From positions 122,659 to 186,658 of the forward strand of contig JAMCQZ010000008.1 in assembly GCA_023380305.1 (NCBI GenBank): DNA of 64,000 nt, written 5' to 3'. How positions within the stretch are numbered: the stretch's first letter is position 1; each line of letters opens with the position of its first letter. Made by a program: the position numbers and the translations under genes. Positions 17,974-27,547 of the stretch are shown here, one piece after another. This DNA comes from Patescibacteria group bacterium (lineage in GTDB: Bacteria; Patescibacteriota; Minisyncoccia; UBA6257; Colwellbacteraceae). The notes beneath the pieces were generated by a model that was given only the letters and a program-made list of their open reading frames with translations, ran no database searches and had not been told where the DNA came from.

Positions 17974-18333
17974 TTAAGCGCCTTTGACAAAGCTCGCGAT
18001 AATCGCCGGTATGGATTTGGCAAGTATGGCCAAAAGAATACCAATGAAGATATTGCGAATCTGAGTTCCAAGTCCTTTTAATTTGGCAGGATCTCCGCTT
18101 GACCTAACAAACTCAAAAGCTGTCCACAAGATTACTCCAACCGTCCAAATAGTGATCAACCAAAAAGCCCAATTGAAGATAAGGGCTGGCCAGCCGTAGA
18201 TATCGGACAAGCTCCAGGAACGCGGCGTGATAATCGGGATTTCACCAGACGGCGGCAGAGCCTGGGCAAAAGCGACAGGCGCGACCGCGGCGATTACCGC
18301 TAACCCGATTAAAAGATAATTAACCTTTCTCAT
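17974..18333 (-). CDS. VirB2/TrbC-like pilin (CPR type)
   Basis: Signal ending AFA-Q, two hydrophobic helices joined by S-S-G-D-P-A-K...IG pattern. Confidence 0.7.
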   Translation of the reverse strand: MRKVNYLLIGLAVIAAVAPVAFAQALPPSGEIPIITPRSWSLSDIYGWPALIFNWAFWLITIWTVGVILWTAFEFVRSSGDPAKLKGLGTQIRNIFIGILLAILAKSIPAIIASFVKGA

Positions 18334-18406
18334 TTCGATTTCTCTTTACGACCTTTTCTTGATTTATATTGACACTATTATACAAGTTTTCTCTTCGCGG
18401 CCGCAA

Positions 18407-18811
18407 TTATCCGGCGAAAAATTCCCTGATAATTCCCGGGATGCTTTGGGCAAGCAGAATCAACACGAACCCGATTATGGCATTAAACAACCTACCCTTG
18501 GCTCTTCTTTGAACAGCCACTACATCTCTGCTGTTTATTAGATCCCAGGCCGACGTGATAATGATGTAAATCAGCACGGCCGAGGCAATCCACAAAACCC
18601 AGGTCATAATCGTCGCGATCAAAGCGCCAAGATCAGTCGGCAATCCAGTCGGCGGAGCGATTCTTAGAGACTCCCCGCCCGGCAAAGTTCCGCCTCCGAC
18701 CGAACCGTTTCCACCGGGCAACACGCCTCCGCCGGCGGTACCGCCTCCGCCGCCGCCGCTCGGCGCGGCAATAGCCTTTTTAATGAAAATCAATCTCAAC
18801 CAATCAAGCAT
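18407..18811 (-). CDS. VirB2/TrbC-like pilin with Gly-rich N-terminus
   Basis: Two TM helices, AKGRLFNAIIGFVLIL. Confidence 0.7.
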   Translation of the reverse strand: MLDWLRLIFIKKAIAAPSGGGGGGTAGGGVLPGGNGSVGGGTLPGGESLRIAPPTGLPTDLGALIATIMTWVLWIASAVLIYIIITSAWDLINSRDVVAVQRRAKGRLFNAIIGFVLILLAQSIPGIIREFFAG

Positions 18812-18824
18812 TTTTTTGTTAATT

Positions 18825-19157
18825 TTACGGGCGGCTGAACACGCCTCTTATTAAATTATAAATCAGATAAGAGCTGTAAACCAAAGCCAGGCCGATGATG
18901 GCCGAGGTGATTTTTCTCCTACCGGCGACGTATACGTCTTTTCTGTCTCCAGCCGTCATTATTTGGAAACCACCGTAGATGATCCAGTAAAGAGCGATGA
19001 AAGGCACAATCTTTAGAAGGAGATCAACAGCATTATTTAAAAGTATGACAAACTCGTTCCAGCCGCAGCCCGTTTCCGGACAGCTGGGAATAAGCCTGTG
19101 CGCCGCTTCGACCGTTTCCTCTGCGCTCTGAGCGAAAACCCGCGGAATCAACATCAT
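18825..19157 (-). CDS. VirB2/TrbC-like pilin
   Basis: C-x4-C, IIYGGFQIMTAG...GRRKITSAIIG. Confidence 0.8.
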   Translation of the reverse strand: MMLIPRVFAQSAEETVEAAHRLIPSCPETGCGWNEFVILLNNAVDLLLKIVPFIALYWIIYGGFQIMTAGDRKDVYVAGRRKITSAIIGLALVYSSYLIYNLIRGVFSRP

Positions 19158-19169
19158 GGGTTAATTATA

Positions 19170-21605
19170 TCACAGGCAGATGATGCCGATGAGTTTATCT
19201 CCGGAATCGAGCTTAATGATCCTTACTCCCTGAGCCGCCCTCGCGGTTTCACGCACGCTCTTAATCTCCGTGCGCAAAATCTGACCCTTGGCCGAGAGAG
19301 CGATGAGCTCGGTCTCGTCGGAAACGACCTGCGAAGTCACCAATTTGCCGGTTTTCGAAGTGATGGTGGCTGTTTTGATGCCTTTCCCGCCGCGGCTTTG
19401 GACTTTATATTCTTTGAGCGGTGTCTGCTTGGCGAAGCCGTTGTCCATGACGCTTAAAAGGTTGGCGGATTTCTTTTCGGCCGGGACAATATCAAACGAC
19501 GCGACCTTGTCCGACGAAGAAAGATTGATGCCCCGCACGCCGGCGGCGGCCCTGCCCATGGCCCGAGCTTCGGTTTCCTTGAAGCGAATCGCTTGGCCTT
19601 CGACGGTGGTAATGACGATTTCATCCTTGCCCGAAGAAAGTTTCGCGCCGATGAGCTTGTCGCCCTTATTCAAATTGATGGCGATAATGCCGTTTCTGCG
19701 GATATTCCCGAATTCCTTGATACTGGTTTTCTTAATTACTCCTTTGGAGGTGACCATTACCAGATAACCCGAACCCGATTTCAGCTGGCTGTTCGAATAG
19801 GTGATGACGGCGTTTACCGATTCGTCCGCCGGAATCTCCAAAAAATTCTGGATCATCCTTCCTTTGGCGGTGCGGCTCGCAGCCGGAATCTCGTAAACCT
19901 TGATCTGAAAAGCCCGTCCTTTTTCCGTGAAAAAGAGGATGTTGTCGTGGGTGGCGGCGGAAATGAAGTGCGTCAAGAAATCGTCCTCGCCGACATCGGA
20001 ACCGATGACGCCTTTGCCGCCGCGATGCTGGGCTTTGATGTTTTGCGGCGGGAGCCGCTTGATGTAACCGCTTTTTGAAAGAGTGATCATCACCTCCTCC
20101 TCCGGAATCAAATCCTCATCGGAAAATTCCTTAAGCCCCGAAGCGACCACCTTGGTCTTCCTTTCGTCGCCGTATTTCTCTTTCAAGGCGACAAGTTCTT
20201 CCTTAACCACTTTCAGAATAGCCTTTGGGCTCTTCAAGAGAGCCTCAAGGTCGGCGATCAGTTTCTTCTTCTCCTTGAGTTCATTTTCGATCTTCTCCCT
20301 TTCCAAAGCGGCCAGGGTTTGGAGCTTCATTTCCAAAATAGCCTCGGCCTGAAGCTCGCTCAAATCAAAGTTTTTAACAAGGTTCTTTTTAGCGTCTTCC
20401 TTATCATCGGACTTCTTGATGGTCGCGATAATCTTGTCGATAACCGAAAGCGCCTTGGCCAAGCCTTCCAATATATGGGCTCTTTCTTTGGCGCGTTTCA
20501 AATCGAACTCGGCCCGTCGGCGAACGACATTCTCGCGATGTTTGATATGGACGGAGAGCATGTCCTTCAAAGACATGACCTCGGCCCGGATGCCGTCGAC
20601 GAGCGCCAAGGTGTTCAGATGGAAATCTTTCTGAAGATCGGTAAATTTATAAAGCTGGTTTAGGACTTTCTGGGGAACGGCATCGGACTTGAGCTCGATC
20701 ACGATCCGCAGGCCGTCTTTATCCGATTCGTCGCGGATATCCTTGATGCCCTCGACCCGCTTCTCTTGGACGAGCTCGGCCATTTTCACGATCAGCTCCG
20801 ATTTGTTGACCTGATACGGAATCTCGGTGATAACGATCCTCTTCTCCTCGACATCGGCTACGGCCCGACAAGTGATGCTGCCCTTGCCGGCGGCGTAAGC
20901 CGCGGCAATGGCTTTCTTGTCATAGATGATCCCGCCTGTCGGAAAATCCGGCCCCTTCACCAAGTCCGTCAGTTCCTCCAACGAGGCTTCAGGGCGATCG
21001 ATCAAACAGACCTCGGCGTCCACTACCTCGGATAGATTGTGCGGCGGGATGTTTGTCGCCATACCGACGGCGATACCAGAAGCGCCGTTCACCAAAAGGT
21101 TCGGGAGTTTAGCCGGCAAGACAATGGGTTCAAGGCGGGTGGCGTCGTAATTCGGCTGCCAGTCGGTGGTCTCCTTTTCGATATCGGACAAAAGCTCTTC
21201 GGAAATTTTACTTAAACGGGCCTCGGTGTAACGTTGGGCCGCCGGAGGATCGCCGTCGATCGAACCGAAATTTCCTTGTCCCTGGATAAGTGGATAGCGT
21301 AGGGAGAAGTCCTGGGCCATGCGGACCATGGCGTCGTAAACCGCCACGTCTCCGTGCGGATGGTATTTGCCGAGACACTCTCCGGTTACCCTCGCCGCCT
21401 TCATAAATTTGGCGCCAGCAGAAAGACCCATATCCCACATTGCCCAAAGAATGCGCCTCTGCACTGGCTTCAAACCGTCCCTCGCGTCGGGCAAGGCCCG
21501 GCCGACGATGACGGACATGGCGTAATCCAAATACGCCTCCTTAAGTTCGGCGGTGATTTCCCTCTCCGTTATTTTGCCTATTTGATTTTCTTTTTCCTGA
21601 TCCAT
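19170..21605 (-). CDS. gyrA: DNA gyrase subunit A
   Basis: [22 protein letters not shown] and GyrA-box QHRGGKG. Confidence 0.98.
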   Translation of the reverse strand: MDQEKENQIGKITEREITAELKEAYLDYAMSVIVGRALPDARDGLKPVQRRILWAMWDMGLSAGAKFMKAARVTGECLGKYHPHGDVAVYDAMVRMAQDFSLRYPLIQGQGNFGSIDGDPPAAQRYTEARLSKISEELLSDIEKETTDWQPNYDATRLEPIVLPAKLPNLLVNGASGIAVGMATNIPPHNLSEVVDAEVCLIDRPEASLEELTDLVKGPDFPTGGIIYDKKAIAAAYAAGKGSITCRAVADVEEKRIVITEIPYQVNKSELIVKMAELVQEKRVEGIKDIRDESDKDGLRIVIELKSDAVPQKVLNQLYKFTDLQKDFHLNTLALVDGIRAEVMSLKDMLSVHIKHRENVVRRRAEFDLKRAKERAHILEGLAKALSVIDKIIATIKKSDDKEDAKKNLVKNFDLSELQAEAILEMKLQTLAALEREKIENELKEKKKLIADLEALLKSPKAILKVVKEELVALKEKYGDERKTKVVASGLKEFSDEDLIPEEEVMITLSKSGYIKRLPPQNIKAQHRGGKGVIGSDVGEDDFLTHFISAATHDNILFFTEKGRAFQIKVYEIPAASRTAKGRMIQNFLEIPADESVNAVITYSNSQLKSGSGYLVMVTSKGVIKKTSIKEFGNIRRNGIIAINLNKGDKLIGAKLSSGKDEIVITTVEGQAIRFKETEARAMGRAAAGVRGINLSSSDKVASFDIVPAEKKSANLLSVMDNGFAKQTPLKEYKVQSRGGKGIKTATITSKTGKLVTSQVVSDETELIALSAKGQILRTEIKSVRETARAAQGVRIIKLDSGDKLIGIICL

Positions 21606-21628
21606 TAAGGTGCGCTACATTATATATA

Positions 21629-22210
21629 TTAACAAGACAAGATCGCCAGCCGGGTTTTTTCCTCGGCTTCAAGATCCTTCTTTTTGACAACCAGTTTCTC
21701 CTGCGGTTCGGCGTCTTGGCCCAATTCGACAGCCAGTTTCTTGGAATCGCCGGCCGGAATAACCACCTTCGGCTCGACGGATTTCACGTAACGCATGGCC
21801 ACATTGGCCGCGCCCGGAGCAAAAAGAATATCGATCTCATCGAAATCGTCAAGCTCTTCTTCGGTCAGATCAGAGGAGACGTCTCCGAGAAATCCCAACT
21901 TGATCTCGTCGAGTTCGACGCGGAAAGCGGTTCTGATTTGCTTCTCTCCGGACTCCTTGGAGATCAACACCCCTCTCACTTTAGCCGGGCCGATATTGTA
22001 CTCGCCCGGGCCAAAAATTTCCCCTTCTCTGGGAGGGAAATTCTCCGCGGCGGCTTTGGAGTCTTCGATGATGCCTTTATCCGACGTATGCAGGATCAAA
22101 TCCCCTTTCAAGCGGTTCCCGACGGCGGGAGCGGTTTCGGGATCAATAATCAAGTTAAAATTCGGCGTCTGTATCTTATAGCATCCGCCTCCGTACCAGT
22201 TGATGGTCAT
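21629..22210 (-). CDS. Metallo-beta-lactamase-fold protein with degenerate metal site
   Basis: MTINWYG..C..I, IIDP, GPGEY, FLGD and EPKVVIP; no HxHxDH. Confidence 0.75.
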   Translation of the reverse strand: MTINWYGGGCYKIQTPNFNLIIDPETAPAVGNRLKGDLILHTSDKGIIEDSKAAAENFPPREGEIFGPGEYNIGPAKVRGVLISKESGEKQIRTAFRVELDEIKLGFLGDVSSDLTEEELDDFDEIDILFAPGAANVAMRYVKSVEPKVVIPAGDSKKLAVELGQDAEPQEKLVVKKKDLEAEEKTRLAILSC

Positions 22211-22276
22211 TTTAGTCTATTTTATCAGACGCAGACTTGATTTTCAAGCCGATTTTAAGCTATCATTAAGCCCATC

Positions 22277-23386
22277 ATGGATACATTGACTCAGCTTATT
22301 AAAGCCAAACCCGAGATCGTCCCTATTTTAAAGAAGGGCGAAATCGTCACGGTGAAGCTCGTTGGAAAGGCCCCTCGGGCCGCTTATTTCGAAGTTCAAA
22401 ACATCGGAACGGGCGTCGTCCTCGGCCGCGAGCTTTTGAACGGCCGCGATATCTTAAAACCCTTGAGCATCGGCGATTCCATCAGCGCCAAGGTCTCCAA
22501 CCCGGAGAACGAAGACGGATTCATCGAGCTGTCGCTCACCGAAGCCGACAAACAGAAGTCCTGGCAAGCCGTCAAAGAACTTCAGGAAAAAGACGAACCG
22601 ATCAAGGTGAAGATAACAGCGGCGAACGCCGGCGGACTGATGACCGAAATCGAAGACCTCAAGGCCTTCTTGCCGGTTTCGCAGCTTTCGTCCGAACACT
22701 ATCCGAGGATGCAGGAACAAAGCCGCGAAAAACTGATCGAGGAACTCAATAAGTTCGTAGGCGCGGAGCTGGACGTGAAGATCATCAGCATGAACCAACG
22801 CACCAATAAGCTCATCATTTCCGAAAAAGAAGTCTTGAGCCAGAACGTCAAAGACCTTATCAACCAGTACAAAATCGGCGACGTCGTTCCCGGCATCATC
22901 TCCGGCCTTGCCAATTTCGGCGCTTTCATCAGGTTCGCCGATAACCCGGAAATCGAGGGACTGATCCACATCTCCGAGCTTGACCATCGGCTCATCGAAT
23001 CTCCGAAAGAAGTGGTTGCCGTCGGCGACATGGTGAACGCCAAAGTGATGGACATCAAAGACAACAAGATTTCTCTTTCGCTCAAGGCGCTCCAGCCGGA
23101 TCCCTGGAAAGACATCGACCAAAAATTCAAAGCCGACGACGTTATTAAGGGAACCGTTTACAAATTCAATCCTTTCGGCGCCTTCATCAAGTTAAACGAT
23201 GACATCGTCGGATTGATTCACGTTTCCGAATTCGGAAGCATCGAGGCCATGAAGGCCGAAATAAGCGTCGGCCAGACTTACGACTTCGTCATCACCTCCA
23301 TCAAACCCGACGAAAAAAGAATCGTTCTTAAATTAGCCAATAAAAAAATCCCAACCCCCGCTCAAACCGAAACAACCAATGGTTAA
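22277..23386 (+). CDS. rpsA: 30S ribosomal protein S1 (four S1 domains)
   Basis: Repeated FGAF..EGLIHISE and AFLPVSQ motifs. Confidence 0.9.
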   Translation: MDTLTQLIKAKPEIVPILKKGEIVTVKLVGKAPRAAYFEVQNIGTGVVLGRELLNGRDILKPLSIGDSISAKVSNPENEDGFIELSLTEADKQKSWQAVKELQEKDEPIKVKITAANAGGLMTEIEDLKAFLPVSQLSSEHYPRMQEQSREKLIEELNKFVGAELDVKIISMNQRTNKLIISEKEVLSQNVKDLINQYKIGDVVPGIISGLANFGAFIRFADNPEIEGLIHISELDHRLIESPKEVVAVGDMVNAKVMDIKDNKISLSLKALQPDPWKDIDQKFKADDVIKGTVYKFNPFGAFIKLNDDIVGLIHVSEFGSIEAMKAEISVGQTYDFVITSIKPDEKRIVLKLANKKIPTPAQTETTNG

Positions 23387-25214
23387 ACAGCTTGGAAAAA
23401 GCTTAGCTATTTTAACCGCCGTTTTCCTCGTTCTTATCAGCATCCTCTCTCTCGCCGAATCCCGGAACAAGCCGGAACCGATCTCATTAAATAGCTTGGC
23501 TCAAAAAATAACGGCCGGCGAAGTGTCGACGGTAACCGTCGACTACAACACTCTCCGGGTCGTTTTAAACGACGGGCAAAAACTTGTCGCTTCCAAAGAA
23601 GTCGACGCCAATTTCGTGAGCCTGATGCGGGATTACGGCGTACCGGCCGAATCTCTGCAAGCGGTCGGCCTTGAGGTTAAGGATAACACCACCAAGGAGA
23701 TCGTTCTGAACGCTTTGGCGACCATCATCCTCCCCCTACTATTGCTCGCCGGACTGATGATGTTTCTCACGAGGCGGGCGGCCGGAGGCGCTAATCAGGC
23801 CTTCTCTTTCGGCCGAGCAAATATCCACCTTTTCACCAATTTCAAGGATCGCATCAGCTTTAAAGATGTCGCCGGAGCCAAAGAAGCCAAACAAGAACTC
23901 GAGGAGGTCGTCGATTTTTTGAAGAATCCAAAAAAGTTTTTAGATCTCGGAGCGAAAATCCCGAGGGGCGTCCTTTTAATGGGTCCGCCGGGCTCGGGAA
24001 AGACCCTCCTCGCGAGAGCGGTGGCCGGCGAAGCCGGCGTGCCGTTCTTCCATATCTCCGCCTCGGAATTCGTGGAAATGTTCGTCGGCGTCGGCGCGAG
24101 CCGCACCAGGGACGCTTTCCAGACCGCCAAGAAGGCCAGCCCTTCGATCCTTTTTATCGATGAGATCGACGCTGTCGGCCGCGAGCGCGGCGCCGGACTC
24201 GGAGGCGGCCATGACGAACGCGAACAGACTTTAAACCAGATTCTCGTCGAGATGGACGGATTCGATCGAGACACGAACGTCATCGTCCTTGCGGCCACCA
24301 ACAGGCCGGATATTCTGGATCCGGCGCTCTTGAGGCCCGGCCGGTTCGATCGCCGCATCGTGCTAGACCTGCCCGACATGTCGGAACGAGAGGATATTTT
24401 GAGACTCCACAGTAAGGGCAAGCCGATCGGTCCGGATGTCGATTTTAAAAAGGTGTCCGTGCGTACGCCAGGATTTTCTGGAGCCGACCTCGCGAACGTC
24501 ATGAACGAATCAGCTATCCTCGCCGCCCGCCACAACGCCAAAGTCATCAGCCAGCAGAATATCTACGATTCGATCGAAAAAGTTTTGCTCGGACCAGAAC
24601 GCCGAAGCAAAATTATTTCCGACAAGGAAAAAAATATCACCGCCTTCCATGAAGCCGGACATGCCCTCGTCTCCGTGGGTGTCAAAAATTCCGATCCGGT
24701 TCACAAGATCTCCATCATCAGCCGCGGCCGCGCCGGAGGTTATACTTTGAAGCTTCCGACCGAAGACCAAAGATTGAAAACCAAGGACCAATTCTTGGCG
24801 GACCTGGCGGTCCTGATGGCCGGGTTCGTCTCCGAGAAAGAAACTTTCGGCGACGTCTCCACCGGAGCTTCAAGCGATTTGAAAAACGCTTCGGAGATCG
24901 CGAGAAAATTGGTAACACGTTTCGGTATGAGCGATAAGCTCGGGCCGATCACCTTCGGAGACACCGAAGAATTGGTTTTCTTGGGACGCGAAATCTCGGC
25001 CGAAAAAAATTATTCCGAAAAAGTGGCCGCCATAATCGACGACGAGGTGCGTGGTTTTATCGCCAGAGCCGAAAGAGCGGCTCAAAAAATCATCAAAGGC
25101 AACGGAAAGGCACTCGCTAAAATAGCCGAGGCCTTGCTCAAAGAAGAAACCATAGAGCAAGACGAATTTTACCGTCTTGTGAAGCCGTTCGGTTTGAAAC
25201 CAATAACGGTTTAG
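23379..25214 (+). CDS. ftsH: ATP-dependent zinc metalloprotease FtsH
   Basis: Two TM segments, [29 protein letters not shown]. Confidence 0.98.
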   Translation: MVKQLGKSLAILTAVFLVLISILSLAESRNKPEPISLNSLAQKITAGEVSTVTVDYNTLRVVLNDGQKLVASKEVDANFVSLMRDYGVPAESLQAVGLEVKDNTTKEIVLNALATIILPLLLLAGLMMFLTRRAAGGANQAFSFGRANIHLFTNFKDRISFKDVAGAKEAKQELEEVVDFLKNPKKFLDLGAKIPRGVLLMGPPGSGKTLLARAVAGEAGVPFFHISASEFVEMFVGVGASRTRDAFQTAKKASPSILFIDEIDAVGRERGAGLGGGHDEREQTLNQILVEMDGFDRDTNVIVLAATNRPDILDPALLRPGRFDRRIVLDLPDMSEREDILRLHSKGKPIGPDVDFKKVSVRTPGFSGADLANVMNESAILAARHNAKVISQQNIYDSIEKVLLGPERRSKIISDKEKNITAFHEAGHALVSVGVKNSDPVHKISIISRGRAGGYTLKLPTEDQRLKTKDQFLADLAVLMAGFVSEKETFGDVSTGASSDLKNASEIARKLVTRFGMSDKLGPITFGDTEELVFLGREISAEKNYSEKVAAIIDDEVRGFIARAERAAQKIIKGNGKALAKIAEALLKEETIEQDEFYRLVKPFGLKPITV

Positions 25215-25233
25215 ACTAAACTGAGCTAGATTC

Positions 25234-25308
25234 CGGCACGTAGCTCAGTGGTAGAGCAATGCTCTTATAAAGCATGGGTCGCAGGTCCGATCCCTGCCGT
25301 GCCGACCA
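25234..25308 (+). tRNA. tRNA-Ile(TAT)
   Basis: Acceptor CGGCACG/CGTGCCG, anticodon arm ATGCT-CTTATAA-AGCAT, encoded CCA. Confidence 0.9.
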
Positions 25309-25357
25309 TAAATCCCGCTCCAACGCGGGATTTTTGTTTTAAATAAAGGGTTCGGAT

Positions 25358-25373
25358 TGTTTCACGTGAAACA
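25358..25373. promoter_or_regulatory. parS site
   Basis: Perfect palindrome TGTTTCACGTGAAACA. Confidence 0.85.
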
Positions 25374-25681
25374 ATCTGTTTTCACAAAAATGTTTCACAC
25401 CCGATAAATCGGTTGGGGACGACGCCGGGACAAGCTCAAGCAGCCGGTAAATCCAAGGACCAGAAAGCATCCTCCAAAAGCGGATCCCAATCCGCCGACA
25501 CTAACAACGGAAGAGTTAAAACGACCGCTGAAACGGCATCATCGAGCCGGCTGGAACCCAAATCGTTTCGTCGCCTCTTACATCGATAGCCAAGCCAAGC
25601 GCCGAACGAAATTGTCGTTCTCGCCGCGAATGAAATAAAAATATTTTTCAAAACATCTGGTTTGTGATAGATATAAAAAGC

Positions 25682-25753
25682 GGACGGTTAGCTCAGGGGT
25701 AGAGCATCTCGTTTACACCGAGAGGGTCATAGGTTCAAATCCTATACCGTCCA
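25682..25753 (+). tRNA. tRNA-Val(TAC)
   Basis: Anticodon arm TCTCG-TTTACAC-CGAGA. Confidence 0.95.
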
Positions 25754-25792
25754 CAGCTGTCAAAAAATCCCTAAAGGGCGGTCCGAAAAACC

Positions 25793-25819
25793 ACGGGCTC
25801 GAATCCTGCGCCGTCCACC
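25793..25819 (+). repeat. Degenerate copy of tRNA-Val 3' end
   Basis: ACGGGCTCGAATCCTGCGCCGTCCACC versus ATAGGTTCAAATCCTATACCGTCCACA. Confidence 0.55.
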
Positions 25820-25859
25820 GTAAAAAATAAAGCCGCCTCTTTCGAGACGGCTTCGGGGA

Positions 25860-26381
25860 TTATCTGGAAACACGACGCGCTTTGACGACGCGGCGGCCGA
25901 GCGCGAGAGCCGCGTCAAGACCAGTATCCCCTTCTCCGCAAAAAACATCGAGCTCCAAGTGATCGGTAAGCGAAGCTTTCCTGTCGTTCACACGCACTTC
26001 GCCCACGCCATCGACGAACCAAAAACTGCCGAAGGGCGCGAGATCCAAATTGCTTGAAGCCGCGGACCCGATATAGGTTTGTTCGCCTATGGCCGTGCGG
26101 CCATTGCCATTCATTTTAAGATCGGCTTCGTATGATCCACCGGCATAATGTTTCTGACCGAACAATGGTTTATAGTAACCGGTGATTATGACTTCGACAG
26201 GCGCATTGACGCCATCGTGGGTCTCGCGATAATTCGGCGGAGCGAGAGGTTCCTCCAAAACCGCAACTGCTCCCCTGCTATGCGTTTGATGTCGGCTTTC
26301 TAAAAAGCCGGATAAAAACCAGGGCACGGAGACAACCAACACGACCGCGAAACCGAAAATTACCAACCCTTTGCGCGACAT
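25860..26381 (-). CDS. 3D-domain (RlpA/MltA-like) cell-wall protein
   Basis: N-terminal anchor, ITGYY, PFGS, VNDR and LDVF motifs; GGAGG SD. Confidence 0.7.
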   Translation of the reverse strand: MSRKGLVIFGFAVVLVVSVPWFLSGFLESRHQTHSRGAVAVLEEPLAPPNYRETHDGVNAPVEVIITGYYKPLFGQKHYAGGSYEADLKMNGNGRTAIGEQTYIGSAASSNLDLAPFGSFWFVDGVGEVRVNDRKASLTDHLELDVFCGEGDTGLDAALALGRRVVKARRVSR

Positions 26382-26782
26382 CTAACGATACCTCCATTAT
26401 GTGATTTGGAATGTCCTACGGCTTACGCACAAAGATTTATAGTCTAACGATAGAAACCAGACCACAATTCTTTGGTCGCGAGTTAAAACTTTATACTCAA
26501 TTAATTTTGTGCAGTCAAATTGAGAACGCGGCCATTTTTAATAAATTTGGCCACATGGCCGGACTATGTCCACGTGGCCAAAACGTGGCCGAGTGACGAA
26601 GAATTATTGGCCAAGCTAGGTTAAAGAATGGTCTAAATAATCGATCTGTCAATCTACATCTACGTTAATCAGCACAACTTAATATTTTGCGACGCTGTCT
26701 ACACAAAGTGTGAAACATCGTTTTTTATTGATAATCGATCCGTCGCGTTAAATCTACGTTTTTCATAAAACCGAAATTTTAA

Positions 26783-27050
26783 TGTTTCACGTGAAACATT
26801 TTGTTTGCATAAAAATGTTTCACGAGGCTAGTTTACGATGTTTCACGTGAAACACTATATTCTAAAAAACCCGGAAAAACCTCAATTCGGTGTTTACAAT
26901 GTTTCACGTGAAACATTTTTTATTCCGGTGTGAAACAAAATTGTTTCACAGATAAAATTCTGGTGTTTCACGTGAAACATGCCCATAAATCCGATGGCCA
27001 CATGTCCTAATTACTTGGCCAGGCCAACAGCCGATGTTTCACGTGAAACA
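26783..27050. repeat. parS array (five perfect sites)
   Basis: TGTTTCACGTGAAACA at 26783, 26839, 26900, 26964 and 27035, plus half-sites; about 14 kb from the dnaA/dnaN region. Confidence 0.9.
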
Positions 27051-27111
27051 TCAGTTGACCTTTAAAGCTGGCCAGCGCAACAAATTTTCCGAAAACAGGC
27101 TATACTTAATT

Positions 27112-27546
27112 ATGCGCTCTTTAAATAGAATAAAAGGGGATCAGGGCGAAGAAATCGCCTGTGGATATCTCGTGGACAATGGTTATCAGATACTCGACCA
27201 AAATTTTTGGCGACCCTTCGGCGAGATAGATATAATCACGAAATTTCGAGGTCGGACACTTGTTTTTATCGAGGTCAAAACTATCCACAAACCCGGCCAA
27301 ATGGCCATGTCACAACCTGGCCAAAATGCGGCCAAACATAACCAGGACAAGCTCAAATTTCAAAATTCTATACAGCCCGAAGATAATTTAACTGCCAAGA
27401 AAATGGCCAAGTTAAAAAAGACATGTGCGTGGTATGTTGGCCAGCATCCAGAGCTGGTTGATCTTGAAACTGGCTGGAGGATCGATTTAATCAGCTTGAC
27501 AATTACTGGGGAAAGTTGCCTTATCAGACATTACCAAAACATTTAA
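27112..27546 (+). CDS. YraN/UPF0102 family endonuclease-fold protein
   Basis: G..GEEIA..YL, GEIDII, LVFIEVKT and RIDLI motifs; start at ATG 27112. Confidence 0.85.
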   Translation: MRSLNRIKGDQGEEIACGYLVDNGYQILDQNFWRPFGEIDIITKFRGRTLVFIEVKTIHKPGQMAMSQPGQNAAKHNQDKLKFQNSIQPEDNLTAKKMAKLKKTCAWYVGQHPELVDLETGWRIDLISLTITGESCLIRHYQNI

Positions 27547-27547
27547 A

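Noticed and set aside
25413-25651. Small ORFs (+25413-25589, -25436-25651) or ncRNA between tRNA-Ile and tRNA-Val
   Set aside because: No start context, recognisable motif or convincing fold, and not tmRNA, RNase P or SRP-like. Left unexplained.
26783-27050. CRISPR-like regularly spaced repeats
   Set aside because: The repeat is a 16-bp perfect palindrome equal to the parS consensus, spacers vary from 40 to 55 nt, and no cas genes are present.
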